Assembly: GCA_010909165.1 (NCBI GenBank)
Contig: VJWM01000196.1
Span: 62,001 to 126,000 of the forward strand
Length of the DNA: 64,000 nt
From: Anthoceros angustus
Taxonomy: Eukaryota > Plantae > Anthocerotophyta
Direction: 5' to 3'
In this document: in pieces, positions 27,701 to 40,800 of the stretch
How the letters are laid out: each line of letters begins with the position of its first letter
Numbering within the stretch: the first letter of the stretch is position 1
The notes under the pieces: model-generated
Database searches by the model: none
What the model was told of the DNA's origin: nothing
What the model saw: only the letters and a program-made list of their open reading frames with translations
Program-made: the position numbers and the translations under genes

Positions 27701-29038
27701 TGAGCCCTCACGATCTTATGCCCGGCTTGCGAATAAAAGACTCAAAGCATAAAGGAATGCTATAATGAGCGCCGCGCACCTCTCCAAAGTTTCACAGATA
27801 CGCTCCATCGCGTTTCTAAAGAATTAGAGGTGCGGGCGTAGTCCAGTACACACCGACAAGTGGGCTTCACGCTCAGCTGATTTCACAGTCTCATATGCTA
27901 CCCGCGGAGGAGAAGACGAAGAGGAGACGTCCAAATCGTCGTGATCCAACAAGGGGAAGTAAAGGAAGTATTTATGTTAGCCTCATGAGATTAGGTCAAG
28001 ATATATCCAGATATTAAATAGTGTGTACGTAGCTTAAGAGACTTACCTCTTCGCTAGGGTTACGTTGTTTCGTATAGTCACATCCGTTCACTACAAGTTA
28101 AGTTAGCTTTAGGTTTGTCTGAACATATATAGTAAGTTACTTCTTCTTGATATATAATGTAATTATTAATCTAATTGATTTGCATCTATCCATGTAAAAT
28201 GTCAATTCTTGCTACTGAAAGAAGATTCTTCGCGAGACCAGGCACATGGTGCACATCCTTGATTGTACCTTTGGATGGTCCTCCAGGAAGTTGAACCTTG
28301 ATCACACCTCTTTCTTTGATCTCATGTGACCTATTGTCTCCAAGCGCCACCTTATGCCCTGTTAGCATTTCTTCATAGCTTGAGAACCAAGGCCGATTTT
28401 AGGTGAAGTGTTGAGACACTCCAGAGTCGAGATACAAACTCTCATCCTTCTTTGATGGGCGTTGTCATACGGTTGAGACAGTAAAGAGATATTCTTCCTC
28501 CTCACTCACTTGATTGGCTTGTGACTAAGGACCTTTCCCTTCTTCTTCAAGTCAGCCAACCTTGTCATACAATCCTTGGTATAATGGTTAGGCTTTTTGC
28601 AATAATAGTAAGTACCCCATACCTTTTTCTTCGCACCTTTCTCCTTCGATCCTTCTCCAGAGTTGGGTTGTGAAGTCTCCCCATGTGTTATTTCCTTCTT
28701 TGAGAATAGCACCAAGTCTTCTTTCTTGAAGGAATTCTCCAGCTCCTCTTGTAGGAGCAACCTAGCCACCTCATCCAACGTTGGTGGTTTGTCACTTGGA
28801 CGCATTGCTACCGCCGTTTTGAAGGCCAACACAACTTACTTGTATGCGAATGGTAGGCTACTCAGTAACACCATGATAACCTTTCTTTTGGAAGGTTTGA
28901 CGTTCGCCACCTTCATTTAATCCACCAAGTTCTTCAACTTGTTGACGTGTTGTTGAATGGTATCACCCTCAGCCATCTTGAAGTTGGCAAATTGTTGCTC
29001 CAACAGTATTTCATCCACCAAGCTCTTCTTTTCATATG

Positions 29039-29445
29039 TGTTGCAGAGGGTCATCTATGCCGCTTTTGAGGTTCACGCTCACTCAATTGAGAGAGTATGT
29101 CATCGAACACATTGAGGAGGATTGTCGCCAACGCTCGTTTATCTTTCTCATATGGAGCATTGCTGTTATAGCTACTGCATGCTACCTTTCCACCTTTGCA
29201 TGCTGTAGTCTGACACTGTACTTGTAAAGCTTGTCAGACTACATTTCTACTTTTACTTTTAGATCCTACGTTTAGTCAAATTGCATTCCTACTTCTAGAA
29301 TCGGTACTTATAAAAGAAAGCCATCCTTAGGCCTCGCGATCGGCCATCCATCGAAGCCATCCTTGGACCTCGACCGTCCATTAAAGCCATCCGAGTCCTT
29401 GGACCTCGGCCATCCATTGATTATTTGAACAAAATGATTCTAACA
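29039..29445. mobile_element. Probable solo LTR (407 bp, TGTTG...TAACA)
   Basis: TG..CA termini, flanks ATATG/ATGTG (1 mismatch), internal TATA-like site and GCCATCC repeats; it truncates the gag of element A. Confidence 0.55.
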
Positions 29446-29695
29446 ATGTGGATATAGGGAGAGGGATGCTAGGTGGTGCTCGGGCAGGAGGGGGCACCGG
29501 CATGCATCAACCTGCTCGTGCCCCGCCTCAGCATTGACCTCTCCTCCAATTTAGAAGTGTTAGTAACGAAAACGATATAGGGGAGAAACATACGAAAGTT
29601 GTATGTAAGTATTTATTTCATGTTTTATATTTGATTATGATGAATAGAAACCCTAACTAACCGACTTGCCCTGTCTAGGTGAAGGGACATAGCAG

Positions 29696-30678
29696 TTGAG
29701 TTCTCATTTTTGCGAAGGCCAGACAGGAAGAGTCACATCTCCCCTCTATCCTAAAGGCATCCAGTGCATCATGCTTGGATACTCCGATGAGGTAAAGGGG
29801 TTTAGATTATACGATACTACAACCAAGAAAGTCATCTTTAGTAGAGATGTTGTTTTTCTGAGGTTGTGGAACCTAATAAAGGAGTGGGAGCAATGCAAGT
29901 TGTCATCAAGGAATTGAAGGAGCACGAAAAAGCACAAGACTCGGTTCATGAGCAACCTACTCTTAAGCATGCTCAACCTATTCTTGATCATGAGCAACCT
30001 CTACCACAAGGTGACAAAGGAGGTGGAGAAGCCCCGGATGTCGAGGATGATGAAGAGAAGCAAGATCGAAGAGTCCAAGAGGTGCCACTGACCTAGATCA
30101 GGAGATCAACAAGGCGATGGAATTCTTCGCAGAAAATTTTGGAGTCCATGAATGCATGCAAGTACGAAGAGGCTATGTTCACAAATGCTGATGAGCCACA
30201 AAGCTTGAAGGAAGCCTTGGAAGCACCAAAAGCAAAGGAGGGGAAAGAAGCTCTGCAGAGTGAGTATAACTCAGTTATCAAGAACAAGACTTGGGAAATC
30301 ACTCCTCTACCCCAAGGAAGGAAGTGCATAGGATCCAAATGGGTGTTCAGATCAAGTACAATGCTGATGGGAGCATAGAGCGATACAAAGGAAAGGCTGG
30401 TGAGGAAGGGATATACACAAGTGCCAGGTATTGACTACACCGACACTTTCTCCCATGTTGCTAAGATAACATCTATTCGTATACTTTTAGCAATAGCAGC
30501 TATCATGGATCTGGAGATACATCACATGAATGTCCTAACTGCGTTTCTCAATGGAGATGTGGAAGAAGAGATCTACATGAACCAACCAGAAGGACATGAA
30601 GTGCCAGGTCGGGAAAATGAGGTATATAAATTGCTAAAGGCACTCGATGGTTTTAAGCAATTTGCACTTACCTGGTAA
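29696..30678 (+). mobile_element. Copia integrase C-terminal/RT fragment
   Basis: CIMLGYSDEVKGFRLYD..VIFSRDVVF; EPQSLKEAL; [28 protein letters not shown]; [19 protein letters not shown]. Confidence 0.85.
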
Positions 30679-31579
30679 GACATGATAATTTTTGAAGGGG
30701 GGGAATATAGTAACCTCCTTCGCTCGAAACAACACCCCCTTGTCACATTTTAAACCCTTCCTGCGATAACATATCTGCCAAGCTTTGATAATGGGCACAC
30801 CCTTTTGTGAGTACATGCCTTAAATAAAAGACGCACTTTCAATTCTACACCCCATAACTAGAGCATTGTAGGGCGCCGGCCCGTCTACGTTTTTGTAGAA
30901 TGCACAGTGGCATGGGCTGCCGTTTGCATTTGTTTATTACAACCGAAAACATTTACTTTTCAAGTGGTGGAACACAATAAAAATCATGCCTGTACTTGCG
31001 AGAGTCTCATTTTAGTATTCGTGAAAACCTTGCAATAAACAATTGCTCAAGGAGGAAATGGTCATCAGCATCAACAATAGTCATTCAAGAGGGCGGCCTA
31101 GCGACTAAATTATACCTTCTTGCGCCCGATCTTGAGTCGGGACCACCGCCAAATTCCGAAGGCGGTCCATATCCTCCGCGTAAAAGCTGTCATTCTCCTC
31201 CAATGCTTGCTCGTATTCATTAGTATAATTCTTGGGCTGATCTTCGGACGGTGTCGACTGCCACATAGCATTTAGGGTCTGCTAACCCTCATCCAAAAGC
31301 TCGCCAGTCGTGGTCTTCAACCTTCTGACACTCAATGCAACCACTTCGACTTTAAGGCAATGCCAACATCCTTAAAATAAACAAAGTTGGTTGCCCATGC
31401 GCCCATGCAAGCGTCCTTGAAATCAACAAAGTTGGGCTATTAAGAAGGTAGAAATTTCGAACCCAGACACTACTCATTACTACACTTTGTTTCCAACGCT
31501 TGAGCAACTATCCCAAGTTGCAAAGCTCTTGAGCCGCTAAATATTTATTTTATTCAAAGCAGCCTATGAGCAGGCCATG

Positions 31580-31720
31580 GGGAGGGCACTGGCCGGCCGA
31601 CTGGCGCCCTCCCCTAGCTCCACCCGCATGCACCGACAGGTGGTGCTAAGGGAGGGCTCCGGTCGGCCGGCGCCTTCCCTTAGAGCCACCCTACGATGCA
31701 TGCGGGTGAAGCTAGGGGGG
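31580..31720. repeat. GC-rich compound inverted repeat
   Basis: CCCCTAGCTCCACCCGCATGCA pairs with TGCATGCGGGTGAAGCTAGGGG; GGTGGTGCTAAGGGAGGGC pairs with GCCTTCCCTTAGAGCCACC. Confidence 0.8.
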
Positions 31721-32215
31721 GAACAAGAAGGGAACGGCAGGTATCCTATCACCAACGGAAGGTGTGGCCCATTTGCAGGAAGGGTTAAAAGATTTGCGTC
31801 CACAGACGACTGCTGAAGTGTACAAGTGGTGCGAAGCCTTTCGGGTGGACCAGAAGAAGATTGCGGTCATTGTGGAGAATAACATTGGGCTAGTGCTAGA
31901 GCGTCCCTAGAAGTGGTTTTCACGTGTAGAAGTGGATCATACAGCCCGACCACTACAAGTGCCGAATGAAGCTTTGTTGGATGAGGCATTATCGAGGGAC
32001 CTCCCACAACATGATATGTACTTAGGGGTGTGGACTGCGGACTCTCCCCCTTAGGAAGGTAATAAACCGTTTTTTGTTTTTCGTTAGTGTAGAGTGGAGA
32101 ATAAGGCGGAAAAAGGGAAATAAGGTTAGGAAAAGAGGAGATGGTGATGGACGGTAGAAAGTGATGAGGGCGGGTGGCAGAAACCGGCGAGCCACTCCGC
32201 CTTGAACTCGGAGTG

Positions 32216-35200
32216 GGCAGCTCTGGGTGAACTCGGAGTGGGCAGCTCTGGTGAACTCGGAGTAGGCTGCGATAAGTCCGCCAGGAAAAGTAACTTCGGG
32301 AAAGGGATGGAGCGCAATTGGCAGGGGGGCCACGTGGGCCAGTCTTGAGAGGAGAAGCAGGGGATCGGCGGACCCGACCTTGAGGGTTGTGGCCGTTATG
32401 GGCGGTAACCATGACCCAAGTACATACGCAAGGAGGCGGCAGGCGCAAGGCTAGAGTACACGATGCAAGGCCAGCGATTACAGGCGTGAAGGACGCGTCC
32501 TCCATGCTTCAATTACTTCCGGCCGAGAAGGCCATTCTCTCGGAAACTTCATTTTTTTTGGTCACTTGCGCTCAGGCATCCCGCTCTGGCGCTTTCTCTT
32601 CAGCCCATGCGCACCTACAGCCATCGCCTCCAGGCGGGCGCTCATCGCGGAACTTGGCGGGAGCATTCTCACCCACCACCTCACGTGACATACCGGCCCG
32701 GTGGCAGTGTGGGACCCAAGAAGGCGGCGGAGGTCCGGAAGCCTGCACCTAGTAGAGAAAAACATTGTCACCAGGCACTACCTAGATTTCGAACCCTGGC
32801 TGGCGGAGGCAGAGGAGCTGGTCCAGGAATGGCACCTAGACATCTTCCAGGCGGTGTGGACCTTTGTGGATGACACGGGTACGCCTAAGATGTCAAGCGG
32901 CCAACAACAAAACTGTCCGGTCCAAGAGCCTGAGGGAAGACCCAAGGAGATGGACCGTGGAGGTCCTGAGTGCGGTCTACAATCGCCCAGTGGAGGAGAT
33001 CGAGGGCATAGTTCCGGAGCCCCTCAAGGTAAAAGGGAAGGTGGAGGCGGCGAAGGCGGCACTTCTGAGGCCGGGGATGCAGCGGTCCTCCAACGGGTGG
33101 TTGATGTCGGACCTGTTGGATCAGGGCGTATCCCGTGCGACCCCCCATTGTGTGGCATGCCCTGATGATCAGGTCACATGCAGCATGCAATCGCGGTGTG
33201 CAAACCCCGGCAAGCGCTTCAACTGGCGGAACGTCTCGTGGAACACAAAATCGGAGTGGCCATACGAGCGGCTAACCCACCGCTGGCAGGAAACCCTTTG
33301 GCTGCGGACATGGCATTTCTCGGGCCGCAAAGTGTTAGGGAGGATTGTAATCGGGCGGCCGGCGATGCAGTACATTGGGGTTTGAACTGCGAGGAAGGTG
33401 CATGGGCCCGGAAAAAGCGCTCTCTTCGGAGGAAGTAGGCGGCGCGAGGTCTGGAAGGTGTTGAGGCCACCGACTCTGCACCTTGGCCATCATCTGGGGC
33501 AAAAAGCGGCTGTGAAGGGTGCCCATGGACGTGGCACGCGGCGGCCTTGCAAGGCAGGCGGACGAAGAAGGAAGAGGGTGGCCAGTGGGCCAGCACGGGC
33601 TGCATCAACAGGACTTGGCGGAGGGCCATCAACCTGAGGACGGTGAACACTTCATGCAATTCCCGTCTGACGGCGGGGATGAGGGGGTGGAGATGAAGGA
33701 TGCATAGGAGGCCAGTTGCATCGCATGCCACTAAGCGTATACGATTTGGTGGTGCAACACTTGCGAGAGGCCATTGAAAGGCCTACCGGTGGAGCTAGCT
33801 GCGGCTTGAGCACGGTGACGAGGCTCCTACATCGGCTGCAGCATGGCCTTGAGGTGTATGGGAGGCTGTATGCAGTGCGGGAGGCAGCTCTGGGTGAACT
33901 CCGGGAGGGGCGCGCGGACGAACTCCGGAGTAGGCTGCGATAAGTCCGCCAGGAAAAGTAACTTCGGGAAAGGGATGGAGCGCAATTGGCAGGGGGGCCA
34001 CGTGGGCCAGTCTTGAGAGGAGAGCAGGGGATGCGGACGAGACCGCGAGGTTGTCGGCCGTTATGGGCAGGTAACCATGACCCAAGTACATACGCAAGGG
34101 AGGCGACGGCGCAAGGCTAGAGTACACGATGCAAGACGTGATTACGGCAGGGGGCGTCCTCCATGCTTCAATTACTTAGAGAGAAGGCCATTCTCTCACT
34201 TCAGCATTTACGGTCACTTGCGCTCAGGCATCCCGCTCTCTGGCGCTTTCTCTTCCGACGCCCAAGCGCACCTACAAGCGGCCATCGCCTCCGAACTGAG
34301 CGCTCATCGCGGCGGAACTTGGCGGGAGCATTCTCACCCACCACCTCACAGCAGCATACCAGCCAGCGCGCGAGTATGGGACCCAAGAAGGCGGCGGAGG
34401 TCTGGAAGCCCTGGCACCTAGTAGAGAAAAACATTGTCACCAGGCACTACCTAGATTTGAACCACAGGTGGCGGAGGCGGAGGAGGAGTCGGGAGAATGG
34501 CACCTAGACATCTTCCAGTGGTGTGGACCTTTGGTGACACGGAGTCTCGCCGGAAGATCTTGTGGCCAACAAAATCCGGTCAAGAGCACGAGGAAGACCC
34601 AAGGAGATGGACCGTGGAGGTCTGAGTGCGGTCTACAATCGCCCGGATGGAGAGATCGAGGCATAGTTCCGGAGCCCCTCAAGGTAAAAGGGAAGGTGGA
34701 GGCGCGGCGGCACTTCGAGGCGGATGCACGGTCCTCCAACGGGTGGTTGATGTCGGACCTGTTGGATCAGGGCGTATCCCGTGCGACCCCCCATTGTGTG
34801 GCATGCCCTGATGATCAGGTCACATGCAGCATGCAATCGCGGTGTGCAAACCCCCGGCCCGCAAGCGCTTCAACTGGCGGAACGTCTCGTGGAACACAAA
34901 ATCGGAGTGGCCATACGCGAACAGCTAACCGAGCCGTGCCGCCTGTAGGAAACCCTTGGCTGCGGACATGGCATTTCTCGGGCCGCAAAGTGTTAGGGAG
35001 GATTGTAATCGGGCGCCGGCTGTGCAGTACGAGCTGCAATTGGGGTTTGAACTGCGAGGAAGGTGCATGGGCCCGGAAAAAGCTCTCTTCGGAGGAAGTA
35101 GGCGGCGCGAGGTCTGGAAGGTGTTGAGGCCACCGACCGCACCTTAGCCATCATCCAGGGCAAAAAGCGGGCATGAAGGGTGCCCATGGAGCGTGTGCGC

Positions 35201-35510
35201 GGCCTTGCAAGCGGCGGACGAAGAAGGAAGAGGGTGGCGGTGGGCGGCCGAGGCACATCAGGACTTGGCGGAGGGCCATCAACACCCGAGGACGGTGAAC
35301 ACTTCATGCAATTCCCGTCTGACGGCGGGGATGAGGGGTGAAGGAGATGAAGGGATGCATAGGAGGCGGGGTACGCGCCATAAGCGTATACGATTTGGTG
35401 GTGCAACGCTGTGAGGCCATTGAAAGGCCTACCGGTGGAGCTAGGGCGGCTTGAGCACGGTGACGAGGCTCCTACATCGGCACGGCATGGCCTTGAGGTG
35501 TATGGGAGGC
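32216..35510 (+). repeat. ~1.67-kb tandem duplication (32216-33870 / 33883-35510) of the 5' part of the DDE element
   Basis: Shared peptides in both copies (IVPEPLKVKGKVEA, HCVACPDDQVTCSMQSRCANP); the second copy is indel-rich. Confidence 0.9.
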
Positions 35511-37149
35511 TGTCCGGTCGGGTGTGCAGCGATTGCCACGCACACACCCATCACCCGATGCAGCGTGAATCTTTGGAATACGATTCTGCGGCAGGCAAGA
35601 TCGACAGTCGGCGATGCGCATCCGCGGCGTCGATACCAATGCGACACCCATGTACATGTGGCATATGGATTGTAAGTGCGTGATGCAGTCGGGGCTGTCT
35701 GCGATGTTCGCAGGATCGCGTTGCATGGAAGAAGTGATTGCAGGAGTTGTGATTGCAATCGGTGATGGGTGCCTAATGCCTTGTGCGCAGCTTATGACAA
35801 GATGTACCAATTCTACTTCAGAGTGCATGGGGCCATAGATGGGGCAACCCATTACGCCCCGGCCCAGATCTTGGAGGATAACAAGCGGCACGAGATTTTC
35901 AACGCCTATGTGGAAGCGTTGAGGAAGTTTGGGCATCCGCAGCGGATTCGGTCGGACTACGCAGCAGAGCACAACCTAATAGAGGCAGATATGAACCAAG
36001 CGAGGCCAAGGGCACATGGAAGCAACGTCATCCGCAGCCCCTCTATGCACAAGCAGGTAAAAGTTTGGTGCTTGGTCTGCGTTGTCCTTGTCTGCAATGA
36101 CAGCTGGTGAAGGCAGTGAATGCGGGATTGTTGCAGAGGATTGAGCATTTCTGGCGGTCCTTGGGAGAAAAGTGGGCGTTCCTCTACAAGGGGTACATGA
36201 TGGATATGGTGAGGAGCAGCGAATTGGACATCACCAACCCCTGGCACATCCATTCGCTCCACGTGACCTTCATGCCCACGATGAGGGCGGAGCTCAAGCG
36301 TTGGAGGCAGGTATGGAATAGGCACCGGGTGCGGAAGATCGAGGCGGCCAGCGGGACATCCCGGCCATGTGCACACAATCGCATTCCAAGAAGAAGGTAC
36401 AAGGGTGGGTGCGACCACCCGCATATGGGGCTGAGGAGGACGATGGCGAGGAGTTCGATGTGGGTGGCCCTCAGTATGCACAAAACGTGGCCCCGGAGAT
36501 GCCACCACTCAGCGGCATTGAATTGCTGACCCCGGTGAGCAACTGCATGACAAAATAAAGGGTCGTTAGGGTGTTATCAGCATGTTAAGTAGTTAAATAA
36601 TTAAGTTAAGTCAGCTTACCCTTTCACTAGGGTTACGTCCCTTAGACGAACAGTTACGACTTTTCAAGTTCTTAGTTTTAGTTTTGCTTTTCTGCATAAG
36701 CAAGTTACTTCTTTATTGATATATACGATGCAATTATATTAATTGATCCGCGTTATCCTAATACCGCGTCATGGTATCAGAGCTTCTATAGCGTGGATTG
36801 CATTCAAGAGAATGCGCATCAAATTGTGCACGTTTGGATTTGCACAAACATGTGTTTTTGGTTCTTATCTTTTTAGAAATGTTCTTTAAAGATAGCCCAA
36901 AATAATCAAGAACTTACACTCTGATTTGCTTCTTTATAATTTAATCTGCCTGTTTTTAAGATTGCATTTTGCAGATCTGGTGAGCATTCTAGCGTATCTA
37001 TGCCAGATTGCTATTCCAGCAATTCTGGAATAGGTGCGCTAGGACACCCGTCAGATGCTGCAACTTGCATTTAGAAGGCATTTATAAAATAAAGAAAATA
37101 AGGATGCATTCTGAACGCATCTCTACAATAAGAGTCACAGCCATCAGAA

Positions 37150-37873
37150 ATGGCACAAAATGAAGGCCAGATTTGGCAACCACGGCCTGCTGAGCGGGTT
37201 CAGCGCAACCGCCCAACAAGAGGACAGCTTAACGAAAGGAATGTAGCAGAACGACTCCATCAAAACACACAAGAGTGGATTTACAGAAACCAGGATAGAC
37301 CTGCTCATAGCAGTCGCCTACGCGAGGCCTACAATTTGCTGGTTTCAACTCTCTACCCAGATTACCAAAACCTAATTGCTGGTCCTCAAGAGCAGGTCAT
37401 AGGCGCTGATCATCAGAACTTGCGCCCCAGAGTTGCTCTAGATGTTCACGAGAACCCTAACGGTTTCTTCACAACACAGCCTGCACCACAGGCCACAATC
37501 ACACAGATTATTTCCAGGGTGGAATCACATGCCTTGTTTGTAGACAGAAGATTTGTGAATCTCAACAAGAGCGTGGCGGTGTGAATGTGGATTTACATGA
37601 CTTGAGGGAGCAACTCATCACTTGACTACAAGTTGCACGCTCTTCCGCCGTAACTTTTGAAGAATCCAATTCCGCACATTTGTCAGAAGATCCGTGAAGA
37701 GTACTAACGGTAGTCAACGTTTTGTTGACCCAAATTCTTGTCCTTCATGTTCAACCTATGAACTCAATAGGCTCATGTTAAGGAAACATCAGATAGCAGA
37801 AAAGGAAGCACAACAGGCAGCCAGTTTGCATGAGGTAATCAGACCTGTCGACATGCTAGCTGCCCTTTTGTAG
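37150..37873 (+). CDS. Accessory 5' ORF of Copia C (frameshifted after ~37575)
   Basis: ATG at 37150; manual translation of the downstream frames gives NVDLHDLREQL and DPNSCPSCSTYELNR..EVIRPVDML, matching the Copia B ORF. Confidence 0.65.
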
Positions 37874-40800
37874 CTTTGTCTCTGCATATAGGCCAGTAGT
37901 TTCATTTCCCTCTAGACCTCCAGCAATGGGAGACACAGCCTCTTCATCAGTTGTGGGAGGTGGGGAAGGCTTTAAGGAGAAAGACAGGTTCGATGGACGC
38001 CAATATGACATCTGGGTCATGCGCATGAAAGGCGCACTCCAAAGCAGAAAACTGTGGAAGACAACACAAGGGTTAGATAAAGCACCAGAAGCAGAAACAG
38101 CCCTGCAAAACGAGGCACGTGAGCAAAGGAATGAAGCTGCCATGTACCTCATAAGAAGTGGACTCACAGCCGACATGATGCATCAAACATCAGGTTGTGA
38201 AACTGCTGAAGCAATCTGGGACCGCCTGGAAGAGCTGTATGCTGGAAAGAATTCTGCCAATCAATTATCAGCCCTTAACAACCTTCAGCAGTGTAAGATG
38301 CGTGAAGGAGAATCTATAGAGAAGCATATTATGACCTTCAGAACCCTAGTATCCAAGCTAGAACAAGCTACTGGCGAAACAATCAAGGATGAGATGCTAA
38401 CACTTTACCTGTTACTCTCATTACCTCCCTCTTGGTCACACTTCGTGACATCGATCCATGCATCCCAGTTACAGGTAGCTAAATTGGCTAAGTTAGCTGA
38501 TCTCAAAGTACCAGAATTAACATTTGCAGAACTTGTAGGGTCACTCCTGGAAGAGGAGTCGACCAGAGGTGTATCAGGCAGGCGTGCTGGCAAGCAGCAA
38601 GCGCTGTTCACATCCAACCGTGGTCGAGGTGGTGCAAGACCATACTCCAGAGGCGGTGGATCTGGTTCATCACGAAGTGGCAGCTCGCAAGGAGGCCACT
38701 CATCACAATCTGCAAATAAGAAAAACAAGAAATCGTGGACTTGCAACTGGTGCAAAATCCCAGGTCACTGGGAGAGGGATTGCAGGAAAAAGCAAGCGAG
38801 GCTTACCTCGCAAGGAGGGAAGTCGAGACCAACGTTGTGTTCAAGAAGCAACCATCGCCATCGCTCATGGTTGGGACAGGAGGGTACACTAACTCTATCT
38901 CCTCACCCACATGTCGTCACTAAAACAACTGCCGCTTCAGATATAGTGGTACCTTGATACAGGGGCCCGCTCACATGTGCTTCAACAAATGCTTTCACAA
39001 CATACAGTGCCTAAGGATCAAGATGTTTACCTAGGTGATAACGGATCACTTGTCTCTCCGTATAGGACTGCTGAGTTGCTCGCATCCGGAGTCATGCTTT
39101 CACTTATAGATGTGTATTATGTCCCCGAGATGACACGCAACCTTATTTCGCTAGACGCCCCAACATAGACAATACCACATTCTGTTCACGAACACAGAGT
39201 GTAAGGTGATAGATGCCTTTAATCCTAGCAGAGTCCTAGCCTACGGGTCCTCAGAACATGACCTGTTTCGCTTGCATACCAAGGGTGGGATAGTGCAGTC
39301 TCATCTCACACATAAGGACTCCCCTGCCTCTGCACAACAAATTGCAAAGACTAAGTTGTGGCATGCACGCTTAGGTCACCCACACAGCAGCAAGTTGCAG
39401 AAATTAGCTGCTAGTGACCTATATGCTGATGGTCCTATAGGCAAGTTAGTGCCTTTACCTCTTTGTGAGCCATGTGTCCTGGCTAAGCGCCATCAAGCAG
39501 CTTTCAAGAATAAAGCTCCTCACAGGGCTTCCGAAGTCCTTGAGCTGGTGCATACAGACCTGTGTGGCCCCTTGTCTAAGCCTTCTTTCGGTGGTGGGAG
39601 ATACTTCCTTACCTTCACAGATGACAAGACACGTTTTGTCAGTGCTTATATCCTTAAAGCTAAAAGTGAGTGCTTCTCACACTTCAAAGCTTACCTTAAG
39701 TTTGCAGAACGCTGGACAGGGAAGCAATTGAAAACCCTACGTTCAGACAATGGTGGGGAATTCACCTCACATGAATTCCAGGCTTTCTGTACTGAAGAAG
39801 GAATTGGTCGGCAGCTAACAGTTGTGTATACCCCTCAACAGAACGGGGTCGCAGAGCACATGAACCTTACTTTGCAGGAGATGACCTCCTCATTGTTGAA
39901 CCACGCTCACCTCCCTTTGTCCTACTGGGCAGAGGCCCTCACAACTGCTGTTTACCTAAGGAACAGGTTGCCCACTAATGCTGTTCAAGGAATGACTCCC
40001 TACGAAGCCTTTTATGGACACAAGCCCAAGATCCTGCATCTCAGGACGTTTGGTTGTATAGCTTATGCCTTTGTCCCCAAGGAAAAGCGCAAGAAGCTGC
40101 AGCACAAGGCCAGAAAGTTGCTGATGTTAGGTTATACTGAAGGCATCAAGGCATATAAACTGTATGATGTGCCTACTAATACTGTTACATACTCCAGGAG
40201 TGTTACCTTTGATGAACAGAGTTTCCGCCGGAGCTTCGACGACTCGCCTGGCGATGTGGAATCTCGAGCAGATGTCTCATATTTTGATGACCTCCCTGAG
40301 GACGTTGCTCCTGCAGATGGGGAACCTGAGGATCCGCCAGCATATCAGGAGGAACCTGCATTTGTAGTTGCTGATCCAGTGCAGCAGCAACATCCTCGTG
40401 CGCTCTTACCTCCACTTGACGAGGAAGAGGCAGTCGCAGCAGAGTCTGATGCTGATGATGCTGCCCAGGTAGATCTTGACATCCAGGAACCACATCGTGA
40501 GCAGCCCGATCCACCTGCTGATCCACCTGAACGCCGTTATCCCCAGCGTGAACGTCGTCCTCCCGACCATTATCAGTCCATTGACTTCAGGGCACCTCAA
40601 GCACATGCTGCTTTCCTTGATCCCATTGAACCACAGTCATATGAGGAAGCTCTCAGGAGGCCTGATTCTGCAGAATGGAAGAAGGCAATTCAGTCCGAGT
40701 ATGACTCACTCATTAAAAATGGGACTTGGGAATTGGCCAAGTTACCTCCAGGTCGAAAGATGGTATCCTGCAAATGGGTATTCAAGCTTAAGGTTAAAGC

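Larger units (their letters stand above)
19965..28204 (+). mobile_element. Full-length Ty1/Copia element B (frameshifted), 245-bp LTRs, TSD ATTCT
   Basis: LTRs 19965-20209 and 27960-28204; PBS TGGTATCAGAGC at 20210; PPT AAGGGGAAG before 27960; gag from 21113, protease WYLDTGA, integrase, RT YVDDL, RNase H to 26863. Confidence 0.95.
18900..29038 (-). mobile_element. Degenerate Ty1/Copia element A (host), split by element B
   Basis: Integrase LRSDNNGGEY..HTPKQNVVAE (18995-19405), protease/gag with a CYYCKKPNH-type knuckle (28205-29038); the reading frame NLLSVAR|ITNPGNEIVF is continuous once B is removed. Confidence 0.85.
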
